Shown here piece after piece: positions 25,135 to 34,966 of a DNA stretch of 64,000 bases. The notes under the pieces were generated by a model. That model was given only the letters and a program-made list of their open reading frames with translations. It searched no databases and was not told the DNA's origin. The translations under genes and the position numbers were made by a program. Origin of the DNA: a virus; IMG/VR virus record IMGVR_UViG_3300010885_050098, positions 1 to 64,000 of that record. One strand, given 5' to 3'. How positions within the stretch are numbered: the stretch's first letter is position 1; each line of letters begins with the position of its first letter.

Positions 25135-25383
25135 ATGGCTATAGATGCTAGAGAGAAAGTCCTATTGGATCTTCTTGAGAAAGGCTATGTACCCGGTATC
25201 AATGGTGAAGGCAGTGCAACATTAACCGTTAAGGGCTTTGTTGGTGCCAATATTGTCGCTGCTCGGGTTGCTCTACGAGAGTTACCTCGTCCATTGAGTG
25301 AGCAAGATATTGTTGAAATTATCGAGTTCCTGCAAACGGCAGAATCCTCACTAACTTACCTAACTGATCCTGAGGATGACTAA
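25135..25383 (+). CDS. Hypothetical protein
   Basis: RBS AGGGAG. Confidence 0.65.
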   Translation: MAIDAREKVLLDLLEKGYVPGINGEGSATLTVKGFVGANIVAARVALRELPRPLSEQDIVEIIEFLQTAESSLTYLTDPEDD

Positions 25384-25751
25384 TGGCTTGGTGGATGAAT
25401 TATATGAATACCACAATGGTATGTATTAACGGCTGTGGTGTATCGCGTTCATACGTCGGAGAAGAATTTGAATTAGCGGAATCATGTCCACAATGTAAAA
25501 AAGAAATGGAAGGGTTACGCATCCTAAAGAAGGGGATTACAAATGACACACAATGAATTAATAGAGGCTGTAAATAGTCCAACGTATATGAGTAGTAGAA
25601 CTTTAGAGCATCCGTATATTGCACTTCGTGCAGTGTTGGAAATACACGCTCCTTTTGAAAGCGGTGTATGCGGATGTGAAATTGATAATCCAGTTCTTTC
25701 TTACATGTATCCATGTGCAACCGTTCGCGCTATTGAAAAGGAGTTGTCAAT

Positions 25752-26042
25752 ATGACAATAAACACATATGAAAAACTAAGACCAATTGCGGATGTATGGG
25801 CGTGGCAACATAAAGGAAACTGCGTTGGTAAAAACACTGAATTGTTCTTTTTAGAAACAAGTGTCCGAGGGCCAAATAAAACTAGACAAGAAAACGAAGC
25901 AAAGGCAATTTGTAAAGGTTGCCCAGTTAAAAATGAATGTTTAAACCACGCTTTAACTACTCCTGAATACTACGGTGTATGGGGCGGTTTAAGCGCCGAT
26001 GAACGTTCTTTTTATAGCGCAAACCGAAGGGAAATTGCATGA
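25752..26042 (+). CDS. whiB: WhiB-family transcription factor
   Basis: WQHKGNC...FF...AKAICKGCPVKNECL...GVWGGLSADER. Confidence 0.95.
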   Translation: MTINTYEKLRPIADVWAWQHKGNCVGKNTELFFLETSVRGPNKTRQENEAKAICKGCPVKNECLNHALTTPEYYGVWGGLSADERSFYSANRREIA

Positions 26043-26908
26043 AAGCAGTATCGTTATTTGCAGGTGTAGGCGGGTTTGATCTCGCACTAGAACGAGCTGG
26101 TGTAACTGTTGTTGCATCATGTGAAATTGATAAGTACGCACAAAAGGTGTTGGCACAACACTTTCCTAATTCAACAATAATCAACGATGTAAAGGATGTA
26201 ACAGGTGATCAACTTAAACAACTCGGATTCGACGGTAGTGACGGAATTATTGTCGGAGGATTTCCATGCCAAGACTTGTCCGTTGCGGGAAAGCGAGCAG
26301 GACTCGCTGGATCTAGGTCAGGACTCTTCTGGGAAATCTGTCGCATCCTCGACGAAACGAAAGCGAAGTGGTTCGTCCTCGAAAACGTCCCCGGTTTGCT
26401 GTCATCTAACGACGGACGAGATATGGGAACCGTCATCCAAGCGTTGGTTGAGCGCGGGTACGGGGTCAGTTACAGGATTTTGGACGCTCAGTACTTCGGA
26501 GTCGCCCAAAGACGTCGCAGAGTCTTCATTGTCGGATGTCTTGGAGATGACGGGCGAGCATCTGCAGAAGTACTCGCTCTCGTTGAAGGCATGCGAGGGC
26601 ATCTTGAGACGAGCAACACGAAGAGGGAAAAAACTTCCCGAGGCTCTTCATCAAGCACTGGAGAATCAGACAAGAAAATAGCACGCATGCGTGGCTTTGG
26701 TGACTACGAGTTAGATCATAAAGCAGGCGCATTAAAAGCACGTGATTGGAAAGATGCTACCGATCTTGTGTATCCCGAAGGAAATGTAGGAACTATAACT
26801 ACAGCCTTTGGCGCAAAGAACTATTCAAATCACCAAGAACTCATGGAAGGAAGCGTGGTTGTATATGACGAACTGGTTCGTGAAAAGTCGCAGAGCGCAA
26901 AACGTTGA
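26039..26908 (+). CDS. C5 DNA cytosine methyltransferase, N-terminal part (motifs I-VIII plus part of the TRD)
   Basis: SLFAGVGG, GGFPCQD, ENVPG, QRRRRVF; lacks motifs IX-X. Confidence 0.9.
   Translation: MKAVSLFAGVGGFDLALERAGVTVVASCEIDKYAQKVLAQHFPNSTIINDVKDVTGDQLKQLGFDGSDGIIVGGFPCQDLSVAGKRAGLAGSRSGLFWEICRILDETKAKWFVLENVPGLLSSNDGRDMGTVIQALVERGYGVSYRILDAQYFGVAQRRRRVFIVGCLGDDGRASAEVLALVEGMRGHLETSNTKREKTSRGSSSSTGESDKKIARMRGFGDYELDHKAGALKARDWKDATDLVYPEGNVGTITTAFGAKNYSNHQELMEGSVVVYDELVREKSQSAKR
26205..26681 (+). CDS. Overprinted +1-frame methyltransferase-associated polypeptide (M.EcoHK31I beta-like)
   Basis: AAAGGA 8 nt before GTG; SSLSDVLE...KYSLSLKACEGILRRATRRGKKLPEALHQAL. Confidence 0.7.
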   Translation: MINLNNSDSTVVTELLSEDFHAKTCPLRESEQDSLDLGQDSSGKSVASSTKRKRSGSSSKTSPVCCHLTTDEIWEPSSKRWLSAGTGSVTGFWTLSTSESPKDVAESSLSDVLEMTGEHLQKYSLSLKACEGILRRATRRGKKLPEALHQALENQTRK

Positions 26909-27416
26909 TGACTTTGAAACATGGGTTGAGGGGGCGGTTACTCCTACATTGAACGCATTCGAAAACAATGGTGATACTCGCGCCACAGTTCTTATCTTCT
27001 ACGGCAATCGTGTTGATGATATAAGAATGCAAGGCGCCGTAATCAATACATTACAAGCCCGCATGGGCACAGGTGGAAACAACATGCCTATGGTGGCAGT
27101 TACAGAACAGGATCAAGATATGGCACAAGCAGGTAACTTTGAGTTGTATGACTTTCCCAAGGAAGAAGTTGCTCCAAGTCTTAACGCTCTTCGTGCTAAA
27201 GACACACTTACATACGAAGAAGGAACTGTTGTAAGGCGGTTAACTCCACGTGAGTGCGAGCGCCTACAAGGATTCCCCGATGATTGGACTGCATCACAGT
27301 CTGATTCACAACGATATAAGCAAATGGGTAATGCTGTTGCAGTGCCTGTTGTTCAATGGATAATAAGTGGATTGGTGGAAGTAAATGCAAGACTTAATGA
27401 AGAATCTAAAGGATAA
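26865..27416 (+). CDS. C5 methyltransferase C-terminal part (TRD repeats plus motifs IX-X)
   Basis: VRRLTPRECERLQGFPDDW, RYKQMGNAVAVPVVQWI. Confidence 0.85.
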   Translation: MTNWFVKSRRAQNVDDFETWVEGAVTPTLNAFENNGDTRATVLIFYGNRVDDIRMQGAVINTLQARMGTGGNNMPMVAVTEQDQDMAQAGNFELYDFPKEEVAPSLNALRAKDTLTYEEGTVVRRLTPRECERLQGFPDDWTASQSDSQRYKQMGNAVAVPVVQWIISGLVEVNARLNEESKG

Positions 27417-27571
27417 GTGCATTGAGATTCATAATGCTGGTGGTATGGATGCTGTTGATCGCTATCTTGATGAACACCACCGCTTAATTCCATGGGAGTC
27501 GTGCTTTGAGTGCGACGCCATAACGCCACGTGATCCACAGACACTTAAATGTTTCTTTGAGGAGGAACTAC

Positions 27572-27979
27572 ATGAAGAAGGATAAGGTGAACCCATACGA
27601 TTTTTGTTTTTGGGATCGTAATGGCAAAGCTATAACCATGAAACAATGGTGCATTGAATCTAGTAGTAAGTATGCGTTTGCTAAAGAAAAACATACAAAC
27701 GGTTTACGTATTCTTACAAAGTGGACAGGCGTTGACATGCCTGAATACGACTGGATGGTTAAAAACAGTTTCAGCGTGGTCAAATGGAAACCAAATTTTA
27801 GGCCTAAAGTTTTTGTTTCATATGTTTGGAACGAGGACGAGGAAATTGTTATCTCTAAACGATACGGAACAATCGAGCAAGCGTACGAAGGTCATCACAA
27901 GTTGATAGCGCAAGTTGAGGCTATGGACTTTGGGGTGTACCATTTTCCAGCAAACCAATTGGAGGAAGTAAATGGCTAA
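27572..27979 (+). CDS. Hypothetical protein
   Basis: RYGTIEQAYEGH; RBS GGAGG. Confidence 0.65.
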   Translation: MKKDKVNPYDFCFWDRNGKAITMKQWCIESSSKYAFAKEKHTNGLRILTKWTGVDMPEYDWMVKNSFSVVKWKPNFRPKVFVSYVWNEDEEIVISKRYGTIEQAYEGHHKLIAQVEAMDFGVYHFPANQLEEVNG

Positions 27980-28271
27980 AAAAGTTACACAGACGCTCAC
28001 TGCTCACCTAGCAAAGAACACCATCTTTGATAAAGGCGGGGCTTGGCTTCTTAATATCTCTATTCAAACTGAAGGTCATAACATTTATGATCTAAATACA
28101 AACACAGCATGGTCTAACCCATCAGCTGCAAAACGTTATCTTAAGTCAGTTGTACTTGATAACACCCCGCGCAAGTCAATTAAGATGGTTGTAACCACAA
28201 AGGATGCAACTACTGATAAGCCGATCACTATTGACGGCGAACTTACATACAAGGTTGACGCGGGACTCTAA
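27972..28271 (+). CDS. Hypothetical protein
   Basis: TAWSNPSAAKR; RBS GGAGG. Confidence 0.7.
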   Translation: MAKKVTQTLTAHLAKNTIFDKGGAWLLNISIQTEGHNIYDLNTNTAWSNPSAAKRYLKSVVLDNTPRKSIKMVVTTKDATTDKPITIDGELTYKVDAGL

Positions 28272-28395
28272 TGGTATTAGACCTAGGAACAATGATTGCA
28301 ATCATCATTGCATTGTCTACATCATGTTTTGTAATGGTTCTATCTCTTTTAGAAAATACGCGTTTGCGTAAAATCATTAAACAGTTAACTAAATA

Positions 28396-28436
28396 AAAAA
28401 TACCCCCAGTCCGCAATATGGCTGGGGGTATTTTTA
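28396..28436. terminator. Bidirectional terminator at the convergent junction
   Basis: AAAAATACCCCCAGTC-loop-GGCTGGGGGTATTTTT. Confidence 0.85.
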
Positions 28437-28443
28437 TGCCTAT

Positions 28444-30480
28444 TTACTGGTTGTCTTTAATCAACCTAACTTCACATGCATCAGTTGTGCAATACATTTC
28501 ACCAATAGCGTCCGCTGCCATGCCTGCGTACACTCCACTAAAATCGATCGGCATCAATTTCATAGTTGCGTCTTCATACTTTTTTTCTGTAATTTGAGTG
28601 TAAGGCATTTGCGGATAAGTCTCGTTCCCCATTGGTAGGAAGGAAACGGTTTTGAGTTGTCCGTCAAACATATGTAGGACTGTTCCTACATCATCCTTTT
28701 CAGTCTCTGCGTTAAAGGATACGGTCACAGATACTGAGTTGTCTGACCAATGTCGTTGAGCTGTAGCGGCTAACGATACTTTCTCATAGATTGATACATC
28801 TTTTTCAGATCGTTTAGCCACGGATTTAATTGGGAAAAATACCACTGACGTAGTCTTTGGTGACTCACTTGCTTTCTCCACTCGGTAGTTTGCCATTCTA
28901 AATAATGGAAGCATTGGATCTTCATTACTAAATCGAATAGCACGATCAAAGTATTCTCCTCCCGGTGTCCAGTGAACGCCAGGGCTTTCACCGGCTAGGA
29001 TTGAAACTGTTCCTGATGGCTTAACTGTTGTGGTCTTGATTGATTCACGAATACCAAGCCATTCTGAATAGGTAGTGTCGTACTTTTTAATGATTGCGTA
29101 ACCTTCGTCCATCCAGTTACGTAAAACGGGTAATCCGTTGATATCCGCAAAGTTAGCTACGCCTGACATTGATGTTCCAATGCGACGGTTGCGCTGCATG
29201 ATCGCGTTGGTCTCTTCCCAATGTGTTGGGAGCAGGGTTACAGTCTTGGCATATAAGTAAGCAAACTTAAGTGTGCGCTTGTAATCCTCTAGGTTGTCGT
29301 GACGATTAAGGTAGGTTTCTACCAGCGTACACATTTCAAATGACTCTAGTGATTGTTCAGCGCATGGGTTGTAACCAGATACACGCCAATCTTTATCGTT
29401 AGCGGGATCAATCAAACGGCCATACTTACGGCTCATGTCCATCCACACAACGCCTGGCTCACCATTGCTGGCAATACCATCGACAATTCCTGATAGATCA
29501 GCACCTACTGATGCTTCTACTGAGTTGTTACTCATCCAAGCCCAACCGGGGCTGGCTGGATCGTATGAGTTGCGCTCTGGGTATACAGATGCGTTCTTTA
29601 AATTTAGGAAATCTTTGTCATCAAGGCGACCAATCAAAAGTTCTGCAGAACGACGAACGTTTCCGCTTACAACGCAAACGCCAATCATGTTGCCAATATC
29701 AGCAATATCTCGTCGAGTTAACGTTTGACCAGCACGGCCTTTAAACAGTTTATGAATATGGTTATGAAGTTTTAAAAGCGGTTCGTGTCCTGCTGCTGTT
29801 CCGCCGAAAGTTTTGATTGGTGTGCCTGACGGGCGGATTTGGCTGTAATCAAAGCCTGCAATCTTCTGATCTGGCCGTAGGTAAGAGCTGATGACGGTTG
29901 TGAGGGAGTCGACCCAACCTTCTCTGGTGTCTGGGATGACTGTAAGTGTTTCTGGTTCTCTTGGTTCATAGATGGTAAATTCCTTATCTGCACCTTTATC
30001 ATCAAAGCCAACGCCTACTCCAAGCATTGATGCTTCCATGAGGAAGGCAAATGGTTTTGCGGGGTCGTTCTTCGTCATTGACGATGTGCTTACGAAAGCA
30101 CAATTCTGTAGGGCGGCAGAATTCTTCTGCTCATTAACAATTGGGGTGCCCATTACCCAAAGCCCACGTCCCGGTGGTGTCCACTTCAAGTTAAACAATC
30201 GGTCATATGCTTCCTTAGCAGAAGCCTGAGCTCGTGAATCATTCCATGGAAGTCTGTTGGACTTGCAATGATCTTTCTGCAATGAATACATGCCGTTGAT
30301 AACGCGCTCGCACACATCAACCCAAGTCTCTTTGGTGCCATCCTCTTTGAGACGGGAATAGGTACGAAGGAAAGTAATCTCTCCCACCGAGTTTCCTGCT
30401 GCATCTTTATAACCCCAAGGAACGGTCTTGCCCTTGTATCCAGCTATAAATTCATCTGCTAGGCGGAAACTCAAATTCAT
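28444..30480 (-). CDS. nrdJ: Class II (B12-dependent) ribonucleoside-triphosphate reductase
   Basis: PPGRGLW, ALQNC, GNVRRSAE, YNPCAEQ, TVKPSGT, C-terminal CTTDAC. Confidence 0.93.
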   Translation of the reverse strand: MNLSFRLADEFIAGYKGKTVPWGYKDAAGNSVGEITFLRTYSRLKEDGTKETWVDVCERVINGMYSLQKDHCKSNRLPWNDSRAQASAKEAYDRLFNLKWTPPGRGLWVMGTPIVNEQKNSAALQNCAFVSTSSMTKNDPAKPFAFLMEASMLGVGVGFDDKGADKEFTIYEPREPETLTVIPDTREGWVDSLTTVISSYLRPDQKIAGFDYSQIRPSGTPIKTFGGTAAGHEPLLKLHNHIHKLFKGRAGQTLTRRDIADIGNMIGVCVVSGNVRRSAELLIGRLDDKDFLNLKNASVYPERNSYDPASPGWAWMSNNSVEASVGADLSGIVDGIASNGEPGVVWMDMSRKYGRLIDPANDKDWRVSGYNPCAEQSLESFEMCTLVETYLNRHDNLEDYKRTLKFAYLYAKTVTLLPTHWEETNAIMQRNRRIGTSMSGVANFADINGLPVLRNWMDEGYAIIKKYDTTYSEWLGIRESIKTTTVKPSGTVSILAGESPGVHWTPGGEYFDRAIRFSNEDPMLPLFRMANYRVEKASESPKTTSVVFFPIKSVAKRSEKDVSIYEKVSLAATAQRHWSDNSVSVTVSFNAETEKDDVGTVLHMFDGQLKTVSFLPMGNETYPQMPYTQITEKKYEDATMKLMPIDFSGVYAGMAADAIGEMYCTTDACEVRLIKDNQ

Positions 30481-30619
30481 TTTCAATCCTCTTCTCATCG
30501 TGGGAAACAGTAATTTTACTCAAGCGGACCATACACTTCATGGGGTGCTGCGGCAACTTTTATGCTTGTTTAGCAAAGGTATAGATTCATGTCTAAAAAC
30601 ACGAACATATACGATATGT

Positions 30620-32080
30620 TTATTCTTCGATTGCTTGCTTAATTATCTTCGTAGTGTCATCTTCGCTAATCCCACCATTTGGGATTTCTTTTAAAATTTG
30701 AGCTTTCTCACCAAAAATTTGAGACAGCACTCCAGCGTTTCCTTGGCGTTCAACGGTCATTCTAATGAACTCCCGTGAGTCATCCAATTCCTTGGTTGTT
30801 TTAATCAATTTAAACAATCTATCAATCTCTTGTGAAACGTTTGGATCAGAGTATCCGCCGTTCATTTCTTCAGCAAAACGCATAAAAGCGACTCTTTGAC
30901 CCTGCATTTCAATAACTGCATTGATCAAACTCTTAAGTTGTTCTTTAGTCTTTACCTCAATTGGTAGCTTAAATGCACAAGTGTTTTGTGGTTTAAAAGC
31001 TGGGCAATTTGATGCAATAAAACATGTATCGCACTGACGTAAACTGGTGTCATGTGATCGAATAACGGGTACATCTTTGAGGACATCATTACCATCCTCA
31101 TCGCGTTCAACAATCGTCTTAACATCGAATCCAAAGACGGGTAAGTTGCCCATTTCCTCTGGATTTCGAGGCTGAACTTTCCGCATCTCTACCCCCAACC
31201 TATCCGATACAACGGGGGTTGTTTCCGCGTAATCATCACCGGCTGGATCTTCGAACATATCGGATATGTTGCCCATTTTACTTAACCTTATCTCTAGTTC
31301 ATTGAACGACCATACGGCCAATTTACAAACTTCTTGTGCATCATCATTTACAATCTTGTCGAACTCTAACCCAGCTTTTTCATAAATTGCTTTATGCCTA
31401 GATCGAGCTTGTTCTTTCATACTCTTGGGGTATCGAACTAGCCTAGTTCCATCCCAAACAATCGTTTCGCCTCTAGTCATTGGGGAAAGCCACGCTAGGG
31501 TTGAGGCGGTCTCCACGGGCACTTGACGAAGGTTATCGGGTCTAGCCGTACCCATGGCATGAAACCTAGTTCCGTTGGTCCGTATGAGCCCCTGAGCGGT
31601 TCCAGGGAGCCACACAGCGTCTTCCAAAGCCTCTCCGGGAAGGGCAATGTCTAAATACCTATCGGTAAGCTCTTGCAGTCCTTTCTTACCAGACTCGTGT
31701 GACCAGACTGGAAGGAACTTGGCTGGGGGCATTGCCGCCCAAACTGTCTCCCTCTGATCTCTAACAAAGTCAGGGCTAACCTGAAAATGGTTAATCTCAG
31801 TGAACTGGGTAATTCTCTCAATATTGTTCATTATAAACTCTTCATAATCTGCGGCAAATTCTTCAAGTTCGGTTCTAGTAATTTCTTGGGTTCTTGGGAT
31901 GCCTGGGTGAACCAGTATTTCCATATCCTCAGGAAAATAATTCTTCAATAGGTACAGTTTAGTTTTGGGAAGACCGCGTTTAGTTAACCGCCAGTAGCTG
32001 ACACCAACGTATTTAGCACCCGCTGATCCTAAAAGGACGCGGTTGCTAGGGACCTCAGCCCCTAGGTAAATTATCTTCAC
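30620..32080 (-). CDS. TGT-fold-like protein fused to a Cys4/helical C-terminal domain
   Basis: LPVWS...RFHAMG...LRQVPVETASTLAW resembles the TGT-family H.LG...S.DS.SW; CDTC...C...C. Confidence 0.45.
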   Translation of the reverse strand: MKIIYLGAEVPSNRVLLGSAGAKYVGVSYWRLTKRGLPKTKLYLLKNYFPEDMEILVHPGIPRTQEITRTELEEFAADYEEFIMNNIERITQFTEINHFQVSPDFVRDQRETVWAAMPPAKFLPVWSHESGKKGLQELTDRYLDIALPGEALEDAVWLPGTAQGLIRTNGTRFHAMGTARPDNLRQVPVETASTLAWLSPMTRGETIVWDGTRLVRYPKSMKEQARSRHKAIYEKAGLEFDKIVNDDAQEVCKLAVWSFNELEIRLSKMGNISDMFEDPAGDDYAETTPVVSDRLGVEMRKVQPRNPEEMGNLPVFGFDVKTIVERDEDGNDVLKDVPVIRSHDTSLRQCDTCFIASNCPAFKPQNTCAFKLPIEVKTKEQLKSLINAVIEMQGQRVAFMRFAEEMNGGYSDPNVSQEIDRLFKLIKTTKELDDSREFIRMTVERQGNAGVLSQIFGEKAQILKEIPNGGISEDDTTKIIKQAIEE

Positions 32081-32523
32081 TTACGTTCGTCTTCCAAGTA
32101 CATGTCGGCCTGTTTATTAAGTTCATTTGTTATATCAGTCCAACTCTTGCGACCTTCAATGCTATCTGGTCGAAACTTGTGGTCTATATAAACTGGATCT
32201 AAGAACAACATAACCCTAAATCCATGCTCTAAAAGTTTGGCGGATAGTGTTGGATCAGAAGTTATTACGTAATCAATAGGGCCTTGGGCTCTGCACCATT
32301 CAGCCTGTCTAAACGGGTCTACTCCACCAGCGGGAACCTCAGCAATTAAGTTATCAACTTTCAACATGTTATTGCTTTTAAGCCAATGGGTCGCTTTATC
32401 TTTATCGTGGCACAAGATAACAACAGCCATAGTTTGCTGCAGGGTGCGTACAAGGCGCATGCCTTCGCTAATTGGCACATGATTTTTTGCCAAAATGCCG
32501 TCTAAATAAACTAAAACTGCCAC
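32077..32523 (-). CDS. Degenerate HAD-fold protein
   Basis: VLVYLDGIL (DxDG variant), KATHWLKSNN. Confidence 0.5.
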   Translation of the reverse strand: MAVLVYLDGILAKNHVPISEGMRLVRTLQQTMAVVILCHDKDKATHWLKSNNMLKVDNLIAEVPAGGVDPFRQAEWCRAQGPIDYVITSDPTLSAKLLEHGFRVMLFLDPVYIDHKFRPDSIEGRKSWTDITNELNKQADMYLEDERK

Positions 32524-32547
32524 AGTTTATGCTCCGTATCTTACTAA

Positions 32548-33480
32548 TTAATTATTGTATGTAGCGGCTCTGCGTATCAAAGTCGAAACATTTGGTAACT
32601 CTATACCATAAGTAGCAGCAGCAAAATCTCTTGCGGACATGTCCGAAATTTCCTTTAATCTACCTAAAGCTTGAACAATTCCTGATTCTTTTCCCGCTTG
32701 CCAACGGTAGTTGTTATAGTCAAGGTAGCCCTGACCTTCTTCGCTAAACGCTAACTTTCGTCCTTGATGTATATCTTCGTACAAAGCGGCCGCTTGATCA
32801 ACCGCAAGTTTTAAAGCACGTTCGGAGTTAATACGCATTGCTGGATTAGTTGAAGAATTAATTGCCGTTAAAGCGGTTGCGTATCTAGCAATAATTTCAG
32901 AAGCCGTACCTTTATCTCTTTCTAAACCTAAAGACCAGTCTTTACCAATTATTGGTTCTGTAATCGTTGGTTCAACTACCCAATTGTCATCAATAAGTGA
33001 GTATGCTGCGTAAGGTTTGATCTTTGTAATGTCTGTCTGAACGTTTACATAAAAAGTAAGTTCAAAAGAATCCATAAAGTTTGCCGTGTTTGGCCAAAGT
33101 TCTGTTCTAAATTCATCGTTAAACATGCTAGAAATTTCTTTATCGCTTAATCCAGAATACTTTTGATTTGATTGTCTAAACTGGTTGTACTGAATACCTA
33201 CTAAACAGTCTAAATCACCGGGATCTCTTTTAGCCGCCCACTGATGAGAAACGCCTGATCCAGCAAGCCATACGTAAGTCCAGTCATAAGGGCTTTGGTA
33301 TTTGCTAGATAAATGATTAAACAACGCTGTTAATACAGAGTTACGAACTGATGGGATTAACTTTCCATCTCTAAATAAACGAGGATCTAAACCAATATCG
33401 GGTTTACTAAAATACGAGGTCTGCGCTGGCTCGATGTTCACGGGAACTGCCTTTGCAGCCAACGCCTCGTAAAAATCCAT
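32548..33480 (-). CDS. Pol-beta-type nucleotidyltransferase
   Basis: WLAGSGVSHQW...GDLDCLV (GS...DxD), ELTFYV. Confidence 0.75.
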   Translation of the reverse strand: MDFYEALAAKAVPVNIEPAQTSYFSKPDIGLDPRLFRDGKLIPSVRNSVLTALFNHLSSKYQSPYDWTYVWLAGSGVSHQWAAKRDPGDLDCLVGIQYNQFRQSNQKYSGLSDKEISSMFNDEFRTELWPNTANFMDSFELTFYVNVQTDITKIKPYAAYSLIDDNWVVEPTITEPIIGKDWSLGLERDKGTASEIIARYATALTAINSSTNPAMRINSERALKLAVDQAAALYEDIHQGRKLAFSEEGQGYLDYNNYRWQAGKESGIVQALGRLKEISDMSARDFAAATYGIELPNVSTLIRRAATYNN

Positions 33481-33494
33481 AGTCTTATTCTAGG

Positions 33495-34061
33495 CTATTC
33501 GTACTGAATATGGGTGTGTATCTTCCCGCCAGAATAGATATCGTGTTTGCAAGCAATCTCAATAGCCTTGCGTAATAGTTTTTCAACCGCTTCTGGTGAC
33601 TTTGCTTTCTTGTACTCAAGGGCTTCAAGGGCTCCAAGAGCTACATCTCCACCACTACCCGCGTAGTAAATACCGCGTTCTTCTCGATCCCATGAGTAAT
33701 CATTAAAAATTGGATAAATTACTCCGCGCAAAGCAACGAGCAAATTGGAATCTTGAAACGCTGCATCACCATCATCTTTAGCGTCATAACCGGCTTTAAT
33801 AAAAGCCTCACGCATTGATGGAATAAATTTTTTAGTCATAAATGTATCTAAGTCTTCTGCGGCACGAGGTTTTGGGGGTTTCCACCCAAATTGAGTTATG
33901 TTTCCACCACGTGATGCACCAGATACGGCGATTAGGACATTGTTATTATTAACAATTTTTGAGGTGGCCAATTCCATAAAACGTCCATCTTCGTCAGAAG
34001 CACGGCTGTCGCAACCTATTACGGCCCAACCATCTCCTTGAACGGCAACAAGTGTTGTCAT
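33495..34061 (-). CDS. Proteasome-beta/HslV-like Ntn threonine protease
   Basis: MTTLVAV (N-terminal Thr), CDSRAS, SKI, AGSGG..ALGAL, DIYSGG. Confidence 0.85.
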   Translation of the reverse strand: MTTLVAVQGDGWAVIGCDSRASDEDGRFMELATSKIVNNNNVLIAVSGASRGGNITQFGWKPPKPRAAEDLDTFMTKKFIPSMREAFIKAGYDAKDDGDAAFQDSNLLVALRGVIYPIFNDYSWDREERGIYYAGSGGDVALGALEALEYKKAKSPEAVEKLLRKAIEIACKHDIYSGGKIHTHIQYE

Positions 34062-34079
34062 TCAAATCCCTCTCTGTAG

Positions 34080-34412
34080 TTACATCAAGTTTCGGTCTTG
34101 CAAAGCCTGTCGCATAGCCTCTGATGTTACTTGGCTTTCTGCTTTATTACTTTCGGAAAGCTTTGTTAACAGCATGTTTACTAGTTCATCTTTCTCAATA
34201 AAACGCGAAAGTTCACCTAAACCATATTTTACGTCACCTCGGTTAGCATCTCTACCCACGCTAAAAGCTATAGATAAATCTGTAATTACACGCCATCCGC
34301 CATCCCAGTCTTTAACAACAATAAATGCGGTTTCAGCATCTGGGCGTGGTTCTTCGTTTGTTTCTTTAGGCGCTTCGTTAATAACTTCCGCGTCTTCAAT
34401 CCAGTCTGTCAT
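34080..34412 (-). CDS. Hypothetical protein
   Basis: ETAFIVVKDWDGGW. Confidence 0.6.
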   Translation of the reverse strand: MTDWIEDAEVINEAPKETNEEPRPDAETAFIVVKDWDGGWRVITDLSIAFSVGRDANRGDVKYGLGELSRFIEKDELVNMLLTKLSESNKAESQVTSEAMRQALQDRNLM

Positions 34413-34951
34413 TTGTATAGTCCTCTCTCTTTGTTGCTTTTCATCATGTTAAAACTTTTAACTGGGCAAAAATCGCATAAGAAAAACGATGGAAGTTTTT
34501 CATCCGATAGTCCTGCATCACGGCGTTCACGTTTCATTATGTCAACTTTAATGACCTTTGATCCAGATTTATAATCAGGACATTGTCCTTCTGGTCGCAA
34601 ATGAACCTGAAAACATTTCATAGCGTCTGCTGAATAATTATCTTTAGCGGCATAAATTTCTTTACCAAGACCTTCGCCGCCAAGACCGTTTAAAACTTGT
34701 GCGTGGATCTGTTTACGCCCAGTGTCGCTATTCCAAACCGCAAAATCAACGTCAAACAAAACGCCTAGATGAGGTTGTGGGCGCTGGTGTTTTTCTAAAG
34801 CAAGCGCAAGAAAAGGGTTATCTTGTTGATGTTTAATTGGATAACGCTCATCAACTGGAACTTCTTCCATTGTAGAACAGTCTTTGCATGCCAAAATAAG
34901 GATGCGATGTTCGTCTTTTTTATTGGCTAACTCGCCTAGGTCAATTACCAT
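34409..34951 (-). CDS. Cys-rich hypothetical protein
   Basis: CKDC, CF..H...CPDY, LCDFCPV; leaderless -10. Confidence 0.65.
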   Translation of the reverse strand: MVIDLGELANKKDEHRILILACKDCSTMEEVPVDERYPIKHQQDNPFLALALEKHQRPQPHLGVLFDVDFAVWNSDTGRKQIHAQVLNGLGGEGLGKEIYAAKDNYSADAMKCFQVHLRPEGQCPDYKSGSKVIKVDIMKRERRDAGLSDEKLPSFFLCDFCPVKSFNMMKSNKERGLYK

Positions 34952-34966
34952 GACCCGAATACTACA

